The translations under genes and the position numbers were made by a program. A stretch of 64,000 bases of DNA from Octopus vulgaris (Eukaryota). A model generated the notes under the pieces. That model did not search any database and was not told the origin of the DNA. It saw only the letters and a list, made by a program, of their open reading frames with translations. The stretch spans positions 145,390,001-145,454,000 of the forward strand of contig OX597817.1 of the NCBI GenBank assembly GCA_951406725.2, read 5' to 3'. Of this stretch, positions 27,212 to 40,017 are shown in pieces; the first letter of the stretch is position 1, and each line of letters begins with the position of its first letter.

Positions 27212-28399
27212 AGACTTAGCTATTATTAACAACTTTTTTATACAAGACGAAAAGACATTTTTAAAAAAACATTAAAGATATAAAAGATTGAATTATTGAG
27301 AAAAAACCCACCATGACCACCCCACCAGGGAAACAAAGAAAAAGAAAAAAGGAGGAGGGACAAACAGCAGAAGACAGGGGGAGAGGGAGTAATAGGTTGT
27401 ACACCCTAGAACAAACGATGTGTTTAGCCACACCACATGGACATAATTGCAAAGGTATTGCCCTGGAGAATGGCCAGTGACACTTATTGCAACAGACATC
27501 CCACCTTATGGGGCTCGATTCTCAAATGAGCCATAGTTATCCTGATTTTGTGGAGGAAATCAGCATTGCAGGGTCCAAGAATACATGAGGTCCCAACAGC
27601 AACTGGCACAAACTGGCAGCAGTCAGTCAGGCTCCTGTGTTTGTTTCATTTTCTCATCTCTGCATTATGGGCAGCAATTTCAGAGTTTGCAGCCAAAGTA
27701 GCAAAGTTAAATTAAGAAAAATTTTAAGTAGTAACTATGCAAAAAACAGTTATTTTATAATAAGTGACTGAAAAAAAATTTGGAAAGTTTGTCATGCATG
27801 GGAAATGGAAAGAGGTTCACCTATCTTCCTCTCTCATCAACATCTGTCTAGCAGTAATCTCTCAAGCAATCCTGCCCTACTCCTGTCACCCAGTATAAGC
27901 AGCTGCTATCTGACCAACCTGGGAATGAATTCCCTGACATCCATTCACAATGCCTCCAACAGGCAAAAGGGGGCCGCCACTCACCTCTCTTCCCCCCACT
28001 TCCCCTCTGGCGCTTCTTCTTCCAGTCAGTCCCTTGACCATTGACATCATGACCCTCTTCTTCCAGCTCATCCCTCCCAACAATCTCAAAGATCACCTCC
28101 TCACTTTACTCCATGTCGAAATCTACCACCCACCCAGGTGGGCACCTTGCACATTGTGATCTTCTTAAGCTAGGAACTTCATTCTTTTCCTATTCTCCAC
28201 AATCATCATCCAACAAAGCAACAATCCTACGAACATCTAAGACATGCTGAGGCATTCCACCCACAGACATGTTGTTTTTGGAATTGACAGCCATCACTAT
28301 TCCTCTGTTCTACTGATTTATCCAGCATGCTTTTGGTGGCTTGACCCGGACTTCATCTCCCACCTCCTCGAAGACAGGCCCTCTCTCTTCTACAGGGCA

Positions 28400-29180
28400 T
28401 CTCGATGGCTTACTCAGATGCTGCCATTCATACTTGAATATCGCTCTATGTGGCACGGACTCTTCAGCCTGACCTGATCAGGACAACATGTACCAGAATA
28501 CTGCTTCCAGCAGCAAGACGTGTCCCCTCTCTGCCATGGCCTTGTCTCTCCATAATCCAATTTCCACTCAGCCTGTATGCCACTCTGAAAAAGTGGTGCA
28601 CTTTCCACCTGTCAAGCATCTCCTTCAGTACTTCCAAATGAAATCCTGTGCTGTTGTCCATCAGGAATTCGTCCACAGGGCCCTGCTCTAAGAATACCTT
28701 ATTTAGAATATGTGCCATCTTGTCCATAGTGTCTGTGCTCAATTCCCTCCAAATGGCCATCAGGCTCAACCCACAGCCAAACATTTAGAGATACGCCCCC
28801 TGCCAGTAGTGTGTTACATCCAATGCTAGTTGTCTCCAGTTGTGCTTTACTGAAATGTTTTCCTGCACATGCACACCTGGAGCAGGGTTGATGGATTGAC
28901 ACCTATCACAGATCCTAACTATTTTTTGGATGCTCCATCTAGTAACATTGGTGGTGTCGATCCTCCTGACAAGATACAGGGTCCTAGTCTCCTCCTTGCT
29001 TCAATTCCAACACACCACAGCTACTCCTTGCTTCGATTCTTCTGCCTCCCCCCACCAGGCTTCATCTATGGGCAGCGGTTGCACCAGTACCTCTACTCAT
29101 TCGCAGAGGAAGTTTGAGAGGCAGCAACTTCCCTGTGGCCTTTTCTCTGGCCACATTTTCAGGCGATATGCCCAGTCTGT
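28400..29180 (-). mobile_element. Degraded gypsy integrase remnant
   Basis: FLEQGPVDEFLMDNSTGF...YRLSGNWIMER resembles an rve core (GxPxxxxxDNGxxF...NGxxER). Confidence 0.55.
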
Positions 29181-30290
29181 TTGTACTAGTAGCAAACTGG
29201 TCCAGGCTCTGCACAGTTGAAGCAAGCATCTTACCACACAGCCACACCTGTATAAATTTTTATTGCATTTTTCATAAAATAGACACAGGGAAACTCATTG
29301 TTGAAGAAGTATGCTTTAGAACCACATGGTTTCAGATTCAATCCCAATTCACATCACCTTGGGCAAATGTCTTCTATTATAGTCCCTGGATAACAAATAC
29401 CTTGTGGGCAGATGGAAACTGTGTGGAAGCTTGTCACATATGAGTGTTTGTCACATGTACCCTACTGCTTTACAGCTGGTATTGGTTTGTTTATGTCCCC
29501 CCAAAACTTAGCAGTTTGCTAAAGAAGCCAATAGAACAAGCAGCAGACTTTAACAGGGTTGATTTGTTCAACTAAAATCCATCAAAGCAGTGACCCAACA
29601 TGGCTCCGGCTATCTATCTGCGGCTTTATATAGCTATGGTACAACCTCACCTGGAATCTGCATCACCAGTCTGGAACCCCTATTTTGCCCAGGATATTAA
29701 TCGTCTGGAAGTCATTCAGCGACGTGCAACCAAGAGAATACCCTCCATCAGGCATTTGCCATATTCTGAACACCTTACTTTCCTGGGCATGGACGCATGG
29801 ACACATTGAAACTTCGACATCTGGCAGCTGACTTGGTAGACACCCATAAAATTATTAACCATCTTACAAATAATAACTCTGAGCACCTTTTCAAACTCCA
29901 CCTGTCTAATACCCATGGACATGTTTACAAAGTCAGAAAACAGCACAGCTCCCATGACTTTCAGAAACATTTTTTCACACTAAGAGTTGCTGAAGCATGG
30001 AACAAACTGCCGGCATCAGTTGTTAGTTGTCGGAGCATTGCATCCTTTAAAACTTCCATGCCTCCTGAGATTCGCCAACACTACACCTGATTTTCTCCCC
30101 TCCATACGCAACGCAAGCATGTATCTGACTCATACACTGTTCACTTCCCAGACATTTGTACATTACTGCATATTCTTTATACACACTTTCGACAAGTTGT
30201 GGTGCACCTGAGCACTGTATACAATAATTTCATTATCATTATTATTATAAAAGGTGAAAGATGGACTATGTTTTCAAAATTCTAGCTTAC

Positions 30291-30422
30291 CTGTGTATGG
30301 AGTGCCTTTCTTTGTACTTGGTTTAGTACAAAGACCATCTTGAGAATAAGAAGATTTATATATATCATACACATAATTAGCTGCAATCTCTGGTTCTCTA
30401 CAAACATCAAATATTGTGAATT
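30291..30422 (-). CDS. Coding exon 2 (VFT1); the ORF track shows a different frame here
   Basis: Acceptor ttgttttacAG, donor G|GTAAGC, phase 1 to 1. Reads (E)FTIFDVCREPEIAANYVYDIYKSSYSQDGLCTKPSTKKGTPYT, matching the class C GPCR 'IxDTC' motif. Confidence 0.85.
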
Positions 30423-30801
30423 CTGTAAAACAAATAAAAAGAATTCATTGTTAAACAAATAAAAAGAATTCACTCACCGAATTCTGACTAATTTTATCAT
30501 GATCTAGTACAGCAATTAATTCCTTTTTTTTTATTTATTGATTTAGCCTTGAGCAGGGATTTTAAAAGTAGATGGTATATCCCCCATAACAGCATTGTGA
30601 GTCCATAAGGGGAAGCAATTATCAAGGTGAAACTGGGAATAGAGTTAGATGTTTTTAGAGAAAGTCATGAATTTTGTTAAAGATTACATATTTAAAGCAA
30701 AATACAATATTTATATTGTATGCACATTTCAAAACTGGAATGAGATGGACATTGAGAACAAAATAAAAAATTCACTGATGCTGCACCAAGGCCTATTTAA
30801 A

Positions 30802-31236
30802 TCTCTTATTATAAAAGGCAGATTTTATCTGCCTCCCTTTGGGAGTTATACAAATCTACAATATAGGATTTCTTCAATTACAATTTACCTACCATTTTTA
30901 AGAGTACAATGCATCGCGTCATGCCAGGTCCAGTTTTTAAAATTTAAACTCCAATTAAGCAAAATTTACAGAAAACTCACATTCTGGTGTGTGTGTCAAA
31001 TGCTTTTCTTAGTCTGGTTTACACCACACGCAAACGCACACACACAGTGGGCAACGAATAAAGTGAAACTAGATGTAATATTTGTTTCTCTCTATCACGC
31101 TGATAGATACATGAGTAAAATGTATGGGAAGCTAACACATAAGTGTGAGTGAAAATGTTCTTGGAAGAGAGTAAATAGCCAGAGATAGTGATTTGAGGAA
31201 GACTTTACATTAAATAACCGTACTGGCTTGTGTTAG
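30802..31236 (+). mobile_element. Helitron-like non-autonomous element
   Basis: A|TCTCTTATTATAAAA start and TTAG|T end, with a weak subterminal hairpin. Confidence 0.45.
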
Positions 31237-31319
31237 TAATAAAGTAAACATACACTCATACATACATACATGCATACATACATACATACACACACATACA
31301 CACACATACATACATACAC

Positions 31320-31350
<31 letters not shown>

Positions 31351-31361
31351 CATACATACAT

Positions 31362-31419
<58 letters not shown>

Positions 31420-31648
31420 ACACACACACAGTATTGAAGCTTGAGAACAATCAGATACATTTGCAACACATCTGTTGAAAATATTATTGTTCACACACAT
31501 ACATATACATATATACATACAGACAGACAGACAGATAGACACACACACACACACATGATCCAGCATGGCCACAACCTCAAGGCTGAAACATATAAAAGAA
31601 TAACAGAATATAAATGTGTGCATGTGTGTGAGAGAGAGAGTGTGTGTG

Positions 31649-31680
<32 letters not shown>

Positions 31681-31692
31681 TGTATATATATA

Positions 31693-32128
31693 TAATAATG
31701 CGGTTTTTTCAACAGCTTGAACTAAAAGTCAGAGGGGAATGGGATAAACTACTTATATTAACTTGCTATAAAAGCAGGTAGTAATTTTATCTTGTCCTTA
31801 TTCATAGTGCAAGTTTTGAAGAGTGCATTTCGATTTTAACAGCTATTTTTTTCAAAGCTATATTGGAACAGCCTAGAAGACGAGCCTCATCCTGAAAGAT
31901 CTGTAGAACTCGACAAGGACATCCTGAAAACCCTGGTGGAACAAAATCTCATCGTAACTGTTGAGGAACTAGCAGAGAAGCTTGGATTTGGTCATTCAAC
32001 CATTCATTGAGACCTGTGTGCTATCGGAAAAGTCAGCAAATTGGGTCAATGGGTTCCTCACGAACTTTCCGAGTCTAATTGCATGCAGAGAGTGAATGTA
32101 TGCTTTTCTTTGCTGTCACATCTCACCA
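31693..32128 (+). mobile_element. Internally deleted mariner fragment, same family as 60596-62289
   Basis: Shares TGAACTAAAAGTCAGAGGGGAATG and the LVEQN..VEELAEKLGFGH coding segment. Confidence 0.75.
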
Positions 32129-32145
32129 CTACTGCGCTATGTATA

Positions 32146-32780
32146 TCTATATATATAAAACTGTAGTTGTGTGAGTGTCTGTCCCCTTCGATTTAGATTC
32201 CTAACTACTCCCACATTTTGCGGTGCAGTTTAACCAAATTCGGGTAGCTTATAGTCGTGATTCATATCGAGCCCGTCTGAGTATTAGCGCGCGTCTACGA
32301 TGAGTCTACGATTTTAAAAATAATTTAACATCATTTTTTATTCCATTTTAATGCATAATTTTTCGTGTGTCGATGGCGGCGGAGTTGGCGTCCACGCTCA
32401 CACCTGCACCTGTGGGGAAGGGAGTGCAAGGAAATCAACGTCGTAATGCGTTGTCAAGGAGACCAGCGTTCTTTTAGAACAACGACTTCATGGCTTGAAG
32501 ACACCAAAACAGAAATGGCTAAGAAAGCGTCTACATGAGTCTACGATTTAAAAAAAAATTTACCATCGTTTTTTTCCATTTTAATGCATTTTTCGCTATT
32601 ATATAAGGGAAGTAACTCTCTAAAAATGTCTACGATGAGTCAACGATTTTTCAAAAAATTTACCATCATATTTTTTCCATTTTTAATGCATTTTTTGCTA
32701 TTTTTTGGCTATAACTCTCTAAAAATGCTTATATAGTTATTTCCCTTACAAACCCGAGCAACGCCGGGCGATACTGCTAG
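32146..32780 (+). mobile_element. Non-autonomous Helitron-like element
   Basis: A|TCTATATATATAAAA start, CCCGAGCAACGCCGGG hairpin, CTAG|T end, and an internal GAGTCTACGAT...AATGCAT motif present three times. Confidence 0.75.
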
Positions 32781-33635
32781 TTCATTATAAAAGTCTTGCA
32801 GTCTTTAAAAAATTTAACATTTGGAACACCAGTCCATGCAAATACCTAAAAACAGATACATGTAGGATGGGATTATATAAGGAAATATAGCTAATAAACT
32901 ACAATGCAAAATTCATTTGTTTAATTAAAATAATTGCTGAATTTTGGGGACAGGGTGCAAAATATGTGAAGGTAAAATATAAAATGCCACTCAGTGAAAG
33001 GTTGAGAACCATTAGTCTAGTGGAAGAGGCTGTGCTCATGGGATTTAGTGAGCTTTTAGCCCACTAATTTAATATAATGTCCGGTCATCCTTCGATAGCT
33101 GTAGGGATTAATCCAGTGAGAAACAACAACAATTCACATGAGTTTCCGAAGCCTTCATGTACATGGTATATTTATTCCAATCCGGGAGGAGAGCATTTAT
33201 ACACAGCTTGTATATTAACATTTAACAGAACAGAATGGAAGTTGAGTAAGAAAAGGTTTTCGTCTTGCCACCTTCCATGACTGGTATAGTGGATTCCACT
33301 CAATTCAAATCGACATGGGTAGTCCAGTAGCAGAGAGGGAGACGATGCAGTTAGCAGCAGGCCGCTTTGGTCAGCAAAAGAGGCCGTTCTTGACTGTGCA
33401 TCTTTTTATCCCTATCTCACGAGCACCACCCCGTTGTTAACGATGTGACCAAGGGAGATAACTCTAGATGACCTAGACCCTCCAAGATCATTGCAGACCC
33501 TCCAAGAAGGAGTGAGATGATAAGGCACAGCTGTTTGGCCTGGTTGACTGGACATTCAGCCTAATTTGGTCCTTTTCAGTGCTGGAATCACACACACACT
33601 TGCATATGCACATAGAAATATACACATACAGATAA

Positions 33636-34204
33636 AATTAATAGAGATCACAAAAGTGAATGAGGGTACTGACTCACACCGCTTTTGCTAATGTTAAGAG
33701 TTAAACTAACTCAAATCTACAAATACGCTGTCTTAAATGATTGACAAAGGGAGGTAAGTCCCCAACTGGATCATAATTTTGGATTTTGATATAGACCATA
33801 TTAATCCTCATAAGTGGCTCTTAATTCCTAGGGTTAAACTCAACTATCTCTGTCAGTCTTATAAGAAAAACCGTTGAAAATGTACACTGATTTCCAAAAT
33901 GGTAAAAATGTAAGCAACATGTTAAAAAGGGTGGCTTATTAGCAATTAGAACCTAAAGGCAAAATTAGTAGGCATCATAAAAGTGACAGAGGATACTGAC
34001 TCACATTGTTTTTGCTTAAGACAAGAGTCATCGCAATTCGGCTATGTACGCTGGGGACTTACCTCCCTTTGCCAGTTACTTAAGACAGTGCATTTGCAGT
34101 TTTGAGTTAGTTTAACTCTTTATCTTTAGCAAAAGTGGCGCCAGTTAGTACTCTCTGTGACTTTTGTGACCTCTGTTAATTTTGCCTTTAGGTTCCAATT
34201 AGCA
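33636..34204. repeat. Diverged fold-back element (arms ~33636-33765 and 34053-34182, plus a third partial copy ~33940-34030)
   Basis: AAAGGGAGGTAAGTCCCCA / TGGGGACTTACCTCCCTTT and GAGTTAAACTAACTCAAA / TTTGAGTTAGTTTAACTC. Confidence 0.7.
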
Positions 34205-34228
34205 ATTGGATTGTTGCTTACACATACA

Positions 34229-34303
<75 letters not shown>

Positions 34304-34305
34304 CA

Positions 34306-35190
34306 TTCTATGTTTGACTTTTGCTTTACATTTGTACAAGTTGGCTCCAAGTCTCACCCAGAGACCTCAAGAGACAACAAGTTGGAAGTTCATGTTGGTG
34401 TTATGCCTAGGGTGCCATATATTTGGTTTTGTACAAAAAACCATATGAAAATTATGTTTGCTTTAAAACTTGAGATTACATAGAAAGTATTTTGTGTAGG
34501 ATATGAGCAGTTCTCATGAGCTCTATCTTTTGAATTTCTGCTATTTTGGGAGTTAGGTAGCAATCAGCCCCTTTTGCTATCATTCCCAGGGCACCTATGA
34601 CAACAGGTATTGTTTTAGTCTTCAGGTTCCACATTTTGCTGATTTCTATTTCAAGATCTTTATATTTGCTCAGTTTTTGGTAGGTCTTGACAGATAGGTT
34701 TATATCGATTGGAACAGTCATATCAATGAGGAGGCATTTTCTTTGTCTGAAGTCTTTCAATATGATGTCTGGCCTATTTGCATCTATCTTTCTGTCAGTT
34801 TGAATGGTGAAGTTCCAGAGGAGTGAGATGTGATCATTTTCAAGCACTGGAGGTGGTTTGTGTTCCCACCAGTTTTTATCATGGGGGGCAAGTCCATGCT
34901 TTTGCAAATTACCTAGTGAATATATTGTGCAGCTCTATCATGCCTGTTGAGATACTCTGTAGGCGCAAGAAGACTGCACTTGGAGACAACATGATCAATG
35001 GTTTCATTTTGTTGTCGACATACACGATATGTTGGGCTACTGCCGTTCTTTAATATGTTAGCCTGGTAGTTCCTTGTAGGTAGGCATTGATCTTGAGCTG
35101 CTATGATAAACCCTTCTGTTTCAGATTTTAAGCCAGAGGCCATTAGCCATTGATGGGTCAGGGCTTTGTCAACATCTGCATTATTCGCTC
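34306..35190 (-). mobile_element. 5'-truncated R4/Dong-like element in (TAT)n (more degraded fragments at ~50985-51390 and ~51690-51955)
   Basis: SETEGFIIAAQDQ, ETIDHVVSKC, RHD, RPDII, LIDMT and KLSKY motifs; homologous to the 1276-2045 element. Confidence 0.8.
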
Positions 35191-35273
35191 TCTTCGCTCT
35201 CTTTTTATTATCATCATCATTATTATTATCATCATCATCATTATTATTATTATTACTATTATTATTACAGTTC

Positions 35274-36410
35274 TACTAATAGTTTCATACGTTGAGAGAA
35301 TTCAAATATATTCTTCAGGCACAAACCACATATCATAACTAACTAAAAAATTGGATAAATCGAAGAAATGTGACTAAACTGAGAAGGCAGCATATAGAAA
35401 GCATAGACAGGAAACAATGGAAAATAAAAAACAGAAAACAAAACTAAAGTGTCAAAAGGTAGGAAGTGCTATCCTCCTTAGGCCTTAAATGATAAAGCTG
35501 CAAAAGATATCAAGTCAGTCAAGAATAGGCAGAATTGTCCAATTCCTCAGAATATATTTATACACATGCATGCAACCACTGAAAATTTCTGACATGGAGT
35601 TCAATAGAGAGTTAGGGATCTTAGATCTGAACAGGATCTGCACTCTTTCAGCCAAACAATGTCTACATTTATTTGATCCATTCACATACGGTATGGATTT
35701 CTCAATTATTATCCATTTAATCACATGCAGTGTTTTATTATCTTTCAAAGTCCATACATATCTAGCCAACTTAGTGGCTTTACTTTTGTCCCTATGTTGG
35801 AAGGAAGCAATGTGATTGACATAGCGATTTTAAATTCTCCTTCACATAATCCAATATAGGTCTTCTTATCAGTTGTATTATTAATTAGGTTTCTGATTAA
35901 ATGGATAATAATTATGAAATCCATACCGTATGTGAATGGATCAAATAAATGTAGACATTGTTTGGCTGAAAGAGTACAAAGATCCTGTTCAGATCTAAGA
36001 TCCCTAACTCTCTATTGAACACCAGGTCAGAAATTTTCAGTGGTTGCATGCATATGTATAAATATATTCTGAGGAATTGGACAATTCTGCCTATTCCTGA
36101 CTGACTTGATATCTTTTGCAGCTTTATCATTTAAGGCCTAAGAGGATAGCACTTTTTACCTTTTGTCACTTTAGTTTCATTTTCCGTAGTTTACTGTCAG
36201 CATTTTCTATATGCAGTCTTCGCAGCTTCATCACATTTCTTCTATTTATCCAATTTTTTAGTTAGTTATGATGTAATTTGTGCCTGAAGAGTATGTTTGA
36301 GTTCTCACAACATATGAAACTATTAGTAGCATTTTAGTACATGTGTTGTGACCTTTAAGTAATAATATTTATCTCTCACCAGATGGAGTACTTATCACAG
36401 TTCAGTACAT
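35274..36410. mobile_element. Penelope-like element remnant with inverted partial duplication (arms 35274-35723 and 35894-36328) and GIY-YIG C-terminus
   Basis: Minus strand KKTYIGLCEGEFK/..NHIASF...LARYVW..K...IKW.II...CRHCLAE...LLN..SE....C.H, with a hammerhead motif at the outer end of each arm. Confidence 0.8.
36281..36328 (+). ncRNA. Minimal type I hammerhead ribozyme, C3-G8 core (inverted copy 35274-35321 -)
   Basis: TGC-CTGAAGA-GTATGTT...AACATAT-GAA-ACTATT-A-GTA. Confidence 0.65.
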
Positions 36411-36420
36411 ATATATATAT

Positions 36421-37935
36421 CATCGTCATCATTATCATCATCGTTTAACCGATAAAGCTGCAAAAGATATCAAGTCAGTCAGGAATAGGCAGAATTGTCC
36501 AATTCCTCAGAATATATTTATACACATGCTAGCATGGGTTGGATGGTTCAGCCAGGGTCTGGGAAGCCAGGTGGCTGCATCAGGCTCCAGTCTGATCTGG
36601 CAGTGTTTCTACAGCTGAATGCTCTTTCTAACGTCGACCACTCTGTGAGTGTAGTGGGTGCTTTTCACGTACCACTGGCACAGAGGTCAGAGGAGGCTAG
36701 CAACAGCCACGGTTGGTTGGTGCATGGAAGCCAGTCAAGGTAGCGCTGGCATCAGCCACATTCAGATGGTGCTTTTTACATGCTACCGGCACAGGTATCA
36801 CAACTACAATTTCCATTTGATTTATATTTTGATATTGATGAACTTGACTCAGTAGGTCTCCTCAAGCACAGCAGATTGCCCTATGATCCAAGGTAAGCAC
36901 AGCAGGTCGTCCTATGATCCAAGGTACGTTTGAAGGGGCTGGGGCTAGTTATGCAAAACTGGTCTAGGATACAGCCATGAACTCACTTTATTTGTCAGGT
37001 CTTCACAGTCACAGTATATCTTCAGAGGTCTTGGTTTTTCATCATTGCCTCTGTGAGGCCCCAAAGGTCATGTTTGACCACCTCATCCCATGTCTTCCTG
37101 GGTCTACCTCTACCCTGGACTCCTTGAACTGTTTGGGAGTGGCACTTCTTCATACATCTCTCCTCATCCATCCATAGTACATGACCATACCAGCGCAAAC
37201 GTCTCTCTTGCACGCCACACCCGATGCTTCTTATGTCCAACATTTCTCTCAGGGTGCTTACACTCTGTTGTGTGTGCATACTGACATTACACATCCAGTA
37301 GATCATGCTAGCTTCATTTCTTTCGAGACTATGAATGTCCTCTGCAGTTACACCCCATGTTTCACTTCTGTGAAGCATGGCAGTTCACACACATGTATCT
37401 ACCTTTCACTCTGAGTGAGAGGCCCTTTGTCACCAGCAGGGGTAGAAGCTTTCTAAACTTTGCCCAGGCTATTCTTATTCTAGTGGTAACACTCTCTGAG
37501 CATCCACCCTCACTACTAACTTGGTCACCTAGGTAGCAGAAGCTATCAACTACTTCTAGTTTCTCCCCCTGTGTTGTGATGGAATCTGTTTTCTGAGCAT
37601 CTGTGGTGTTTATTGCCCCAGTGCATCTGCCGCACACGAAAGCTATCTTCTCGGTTAATCTCCCTTTAATGTTGCTGCACCTCTTATGTGTCCATAGCTT
37701 ATACTGGGTACATCTTATGGTGTTTCTACCTACTCCTTTTCTGCTGATCAAGCAGGGCTGCATACCTGAAGGGGTGTGTGATGAGTTCACCTTCCTATTT
37801 ACTAGAAATTTGGTCTTTGCTACATTGACTCTAAGGCCTTTTGATTCTAAACCTTGCTTCCACACGTGGAATTTCTTTTCTAGTTCTAGTAGGGATTCTG
37901 CTATGAGGGCCATGTCATCAGCATAGAGGAGCTCA
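36421..37935 (-). mobile_element. RTE LINE 3' portion (RT C-terminus, Cys-rich insert, 3' UTR); related copies 40260-41030 -, 54755-55940 -, 63135-63937 +
   Basis: ELLYADD, GLRVNVAKTK, VDSFCYLG, RIRIAWAKF, SETW and RRLRWYGHV motifs. Confidence 0.85.
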
Positions 37936-38088
37936 TACATATACACATTTAAAAATAGGATTAGATAAAATCTTAATATGAATTTATCAAGTAGTCAGCA
38001 TGAAAAACCTCATGAGGGAAAAATTTATTATTATTCCTTTTAGATATATTTATTTATATTATAATTCCCTTAATATAAATAAATATAA

Positions 38089-38149
<61 letters not shown>

Positions 38150-38526
38150 TATATATATATGAATATATACATGTATATATAAATTGGACGCTAAACGATG
38201 ATGTATATATAAAACGGACGATAAACGATAATGATGATGATGATAATGATATATTTATATATGTGTGTGTGTGTGTGTATGTGTGCATATATATACGGAT
38301 ATATATATATATATATATATATCCATATATATATGCACACATACACACACACACACACACACATACACACACACATGATGTATATATAAAACGGATGCTA
38401 AACGATGATGATGATGATGATGATGATATATTTATATATGTGTGTGTGTGTGTATGTGTGTGTGTGTGTATGTGTGCATATATATATGGATATATATATA
38501 TATATATATATATCCGTATATATATG

Positions 38527-38558
<32 letters not shown>

Positions 38559-38674
38559 TACACACACATATATAAATATATCATCATCATCATTATCGTT
38601 TAGCGTCCGTTTTATATATACATCATCGTTTAGCGTCCAATTTATATATACATGTATATATTCATATATATATA

Positions 38675-38743
<69 letters not shown>

Positions 38744-39020
38744 TTATTTATATTAAGGGAATTATAATATAAATAAATATATCTAAAAGGAATAATAATA
38801 AATTTTTCCCTTATGAGGTTTTTCATGCTGACTACTTGATAAATTCATATTAAGATTTTATCTAATCCTATTTTTAAATGTGTATATGTATGAGCTCCTC
38901 TATGCTGATGACATGGCCCTCATAGCAGAATCCCTACTAGAACTAGAAAAGAAATTCCACGTGTGGAAACAAGGTTTAGAATCAAAAGGCCTTAGAGTCA
39001 ATGTAGCAAAGACCAAATTT
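37806..39020. repeat. ~1.2-kb near-perfect palindrome
   Basis: 37806-~38375 is the reverse complement of ~38439-39020, covering both the LINE end and non-repeat AT-rich sequence. Confidence 0.9.
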
Positions 39021-39160
39021 ATTCCTTTATGTACACTGATTTGTTCTGCTTTTTATATTTAATACTATGGTCTCTTATGTGGTGGTTTAATAAAGTATGT
39101 GATTGAGTATTATCTGGTAATTGATATTTGATTTAGATATATTCCTCCATTTTCTTATCT

Positions 39161-39214
<54 letters not shown>

Positions 39215-39982
39215 TCCGTAATAATGAAGGGTGAAATTAATTAATTTGGAATAATTATGTGTAAGGCAATCCGTTGCTAAACCCTTTATTGCTTAGTATA
39301 TATATATATATATATATATGTAGGTTAATATTGTGAGGAAAAACAAAAAAAGTAGTTACGTAGCTAAATTCTTAAACTGAATGAAATGAAACTAAATATT
39401 CTTGTCCTGCTCTGACTCATTGTTTGCTTTTCCGCACTATTTTTAACCTATACCTTCTCGCTCAAAGAGAAACAACTGTGGTTCTATGAAGTGGTGAGAA
39501 AGTATTTAGTATAGGAAAGACAAACAGAGAGAGAGAGAGAATATGAGGAGTTTAGCTCAAGATAACTTAAACTAAGAGAGATGCATTCTGAGTGCTCAAA
39601 TGGTCGTGCCACCAAAACCCCGGTCAGAACAGCAGTTGAAGTTGGGATTGTGTGAATGTGTTGTTTAAAACATCGTTAATGTTGATTGACCTTTGAGTCA
39701 CTAAATTTTTAAACTGAGGTAAAAAAAAATCAAATGTCCTTGTCCTTTCTTCACTAATTGTTTACCTCTCCTACCTACTTTAACCTACATATATAGATAT
39801 ATATATATATATATCCCTCTCTCTCTTTCGGAGAGGCACTGAGCAGCTATACGCACACATACACACACAGCAGTAACTTCCACCTACCGAATTCAATCAC
39901 AAAGCTCCGGTCGGCTCAGGGCTATTGTGGAAGACACCTACTCAAAGTGCCACGCAGTGGGACTGAACCCGAAACCATGTAG

Positions 39983-40017
<35 letters not shown>

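Noticed and set aside
30649-31152. 167-aa ORF
   Set aside because: Spans a Helitron-like repeat boundary and has no recognisable motifs.
33077-33590. Possible solo LTR (TG...CA block); similar GC-richer block at ~50550-50980
   Set aside because: No target duplication or second copy is visible, so boundaries cannot be fixed.
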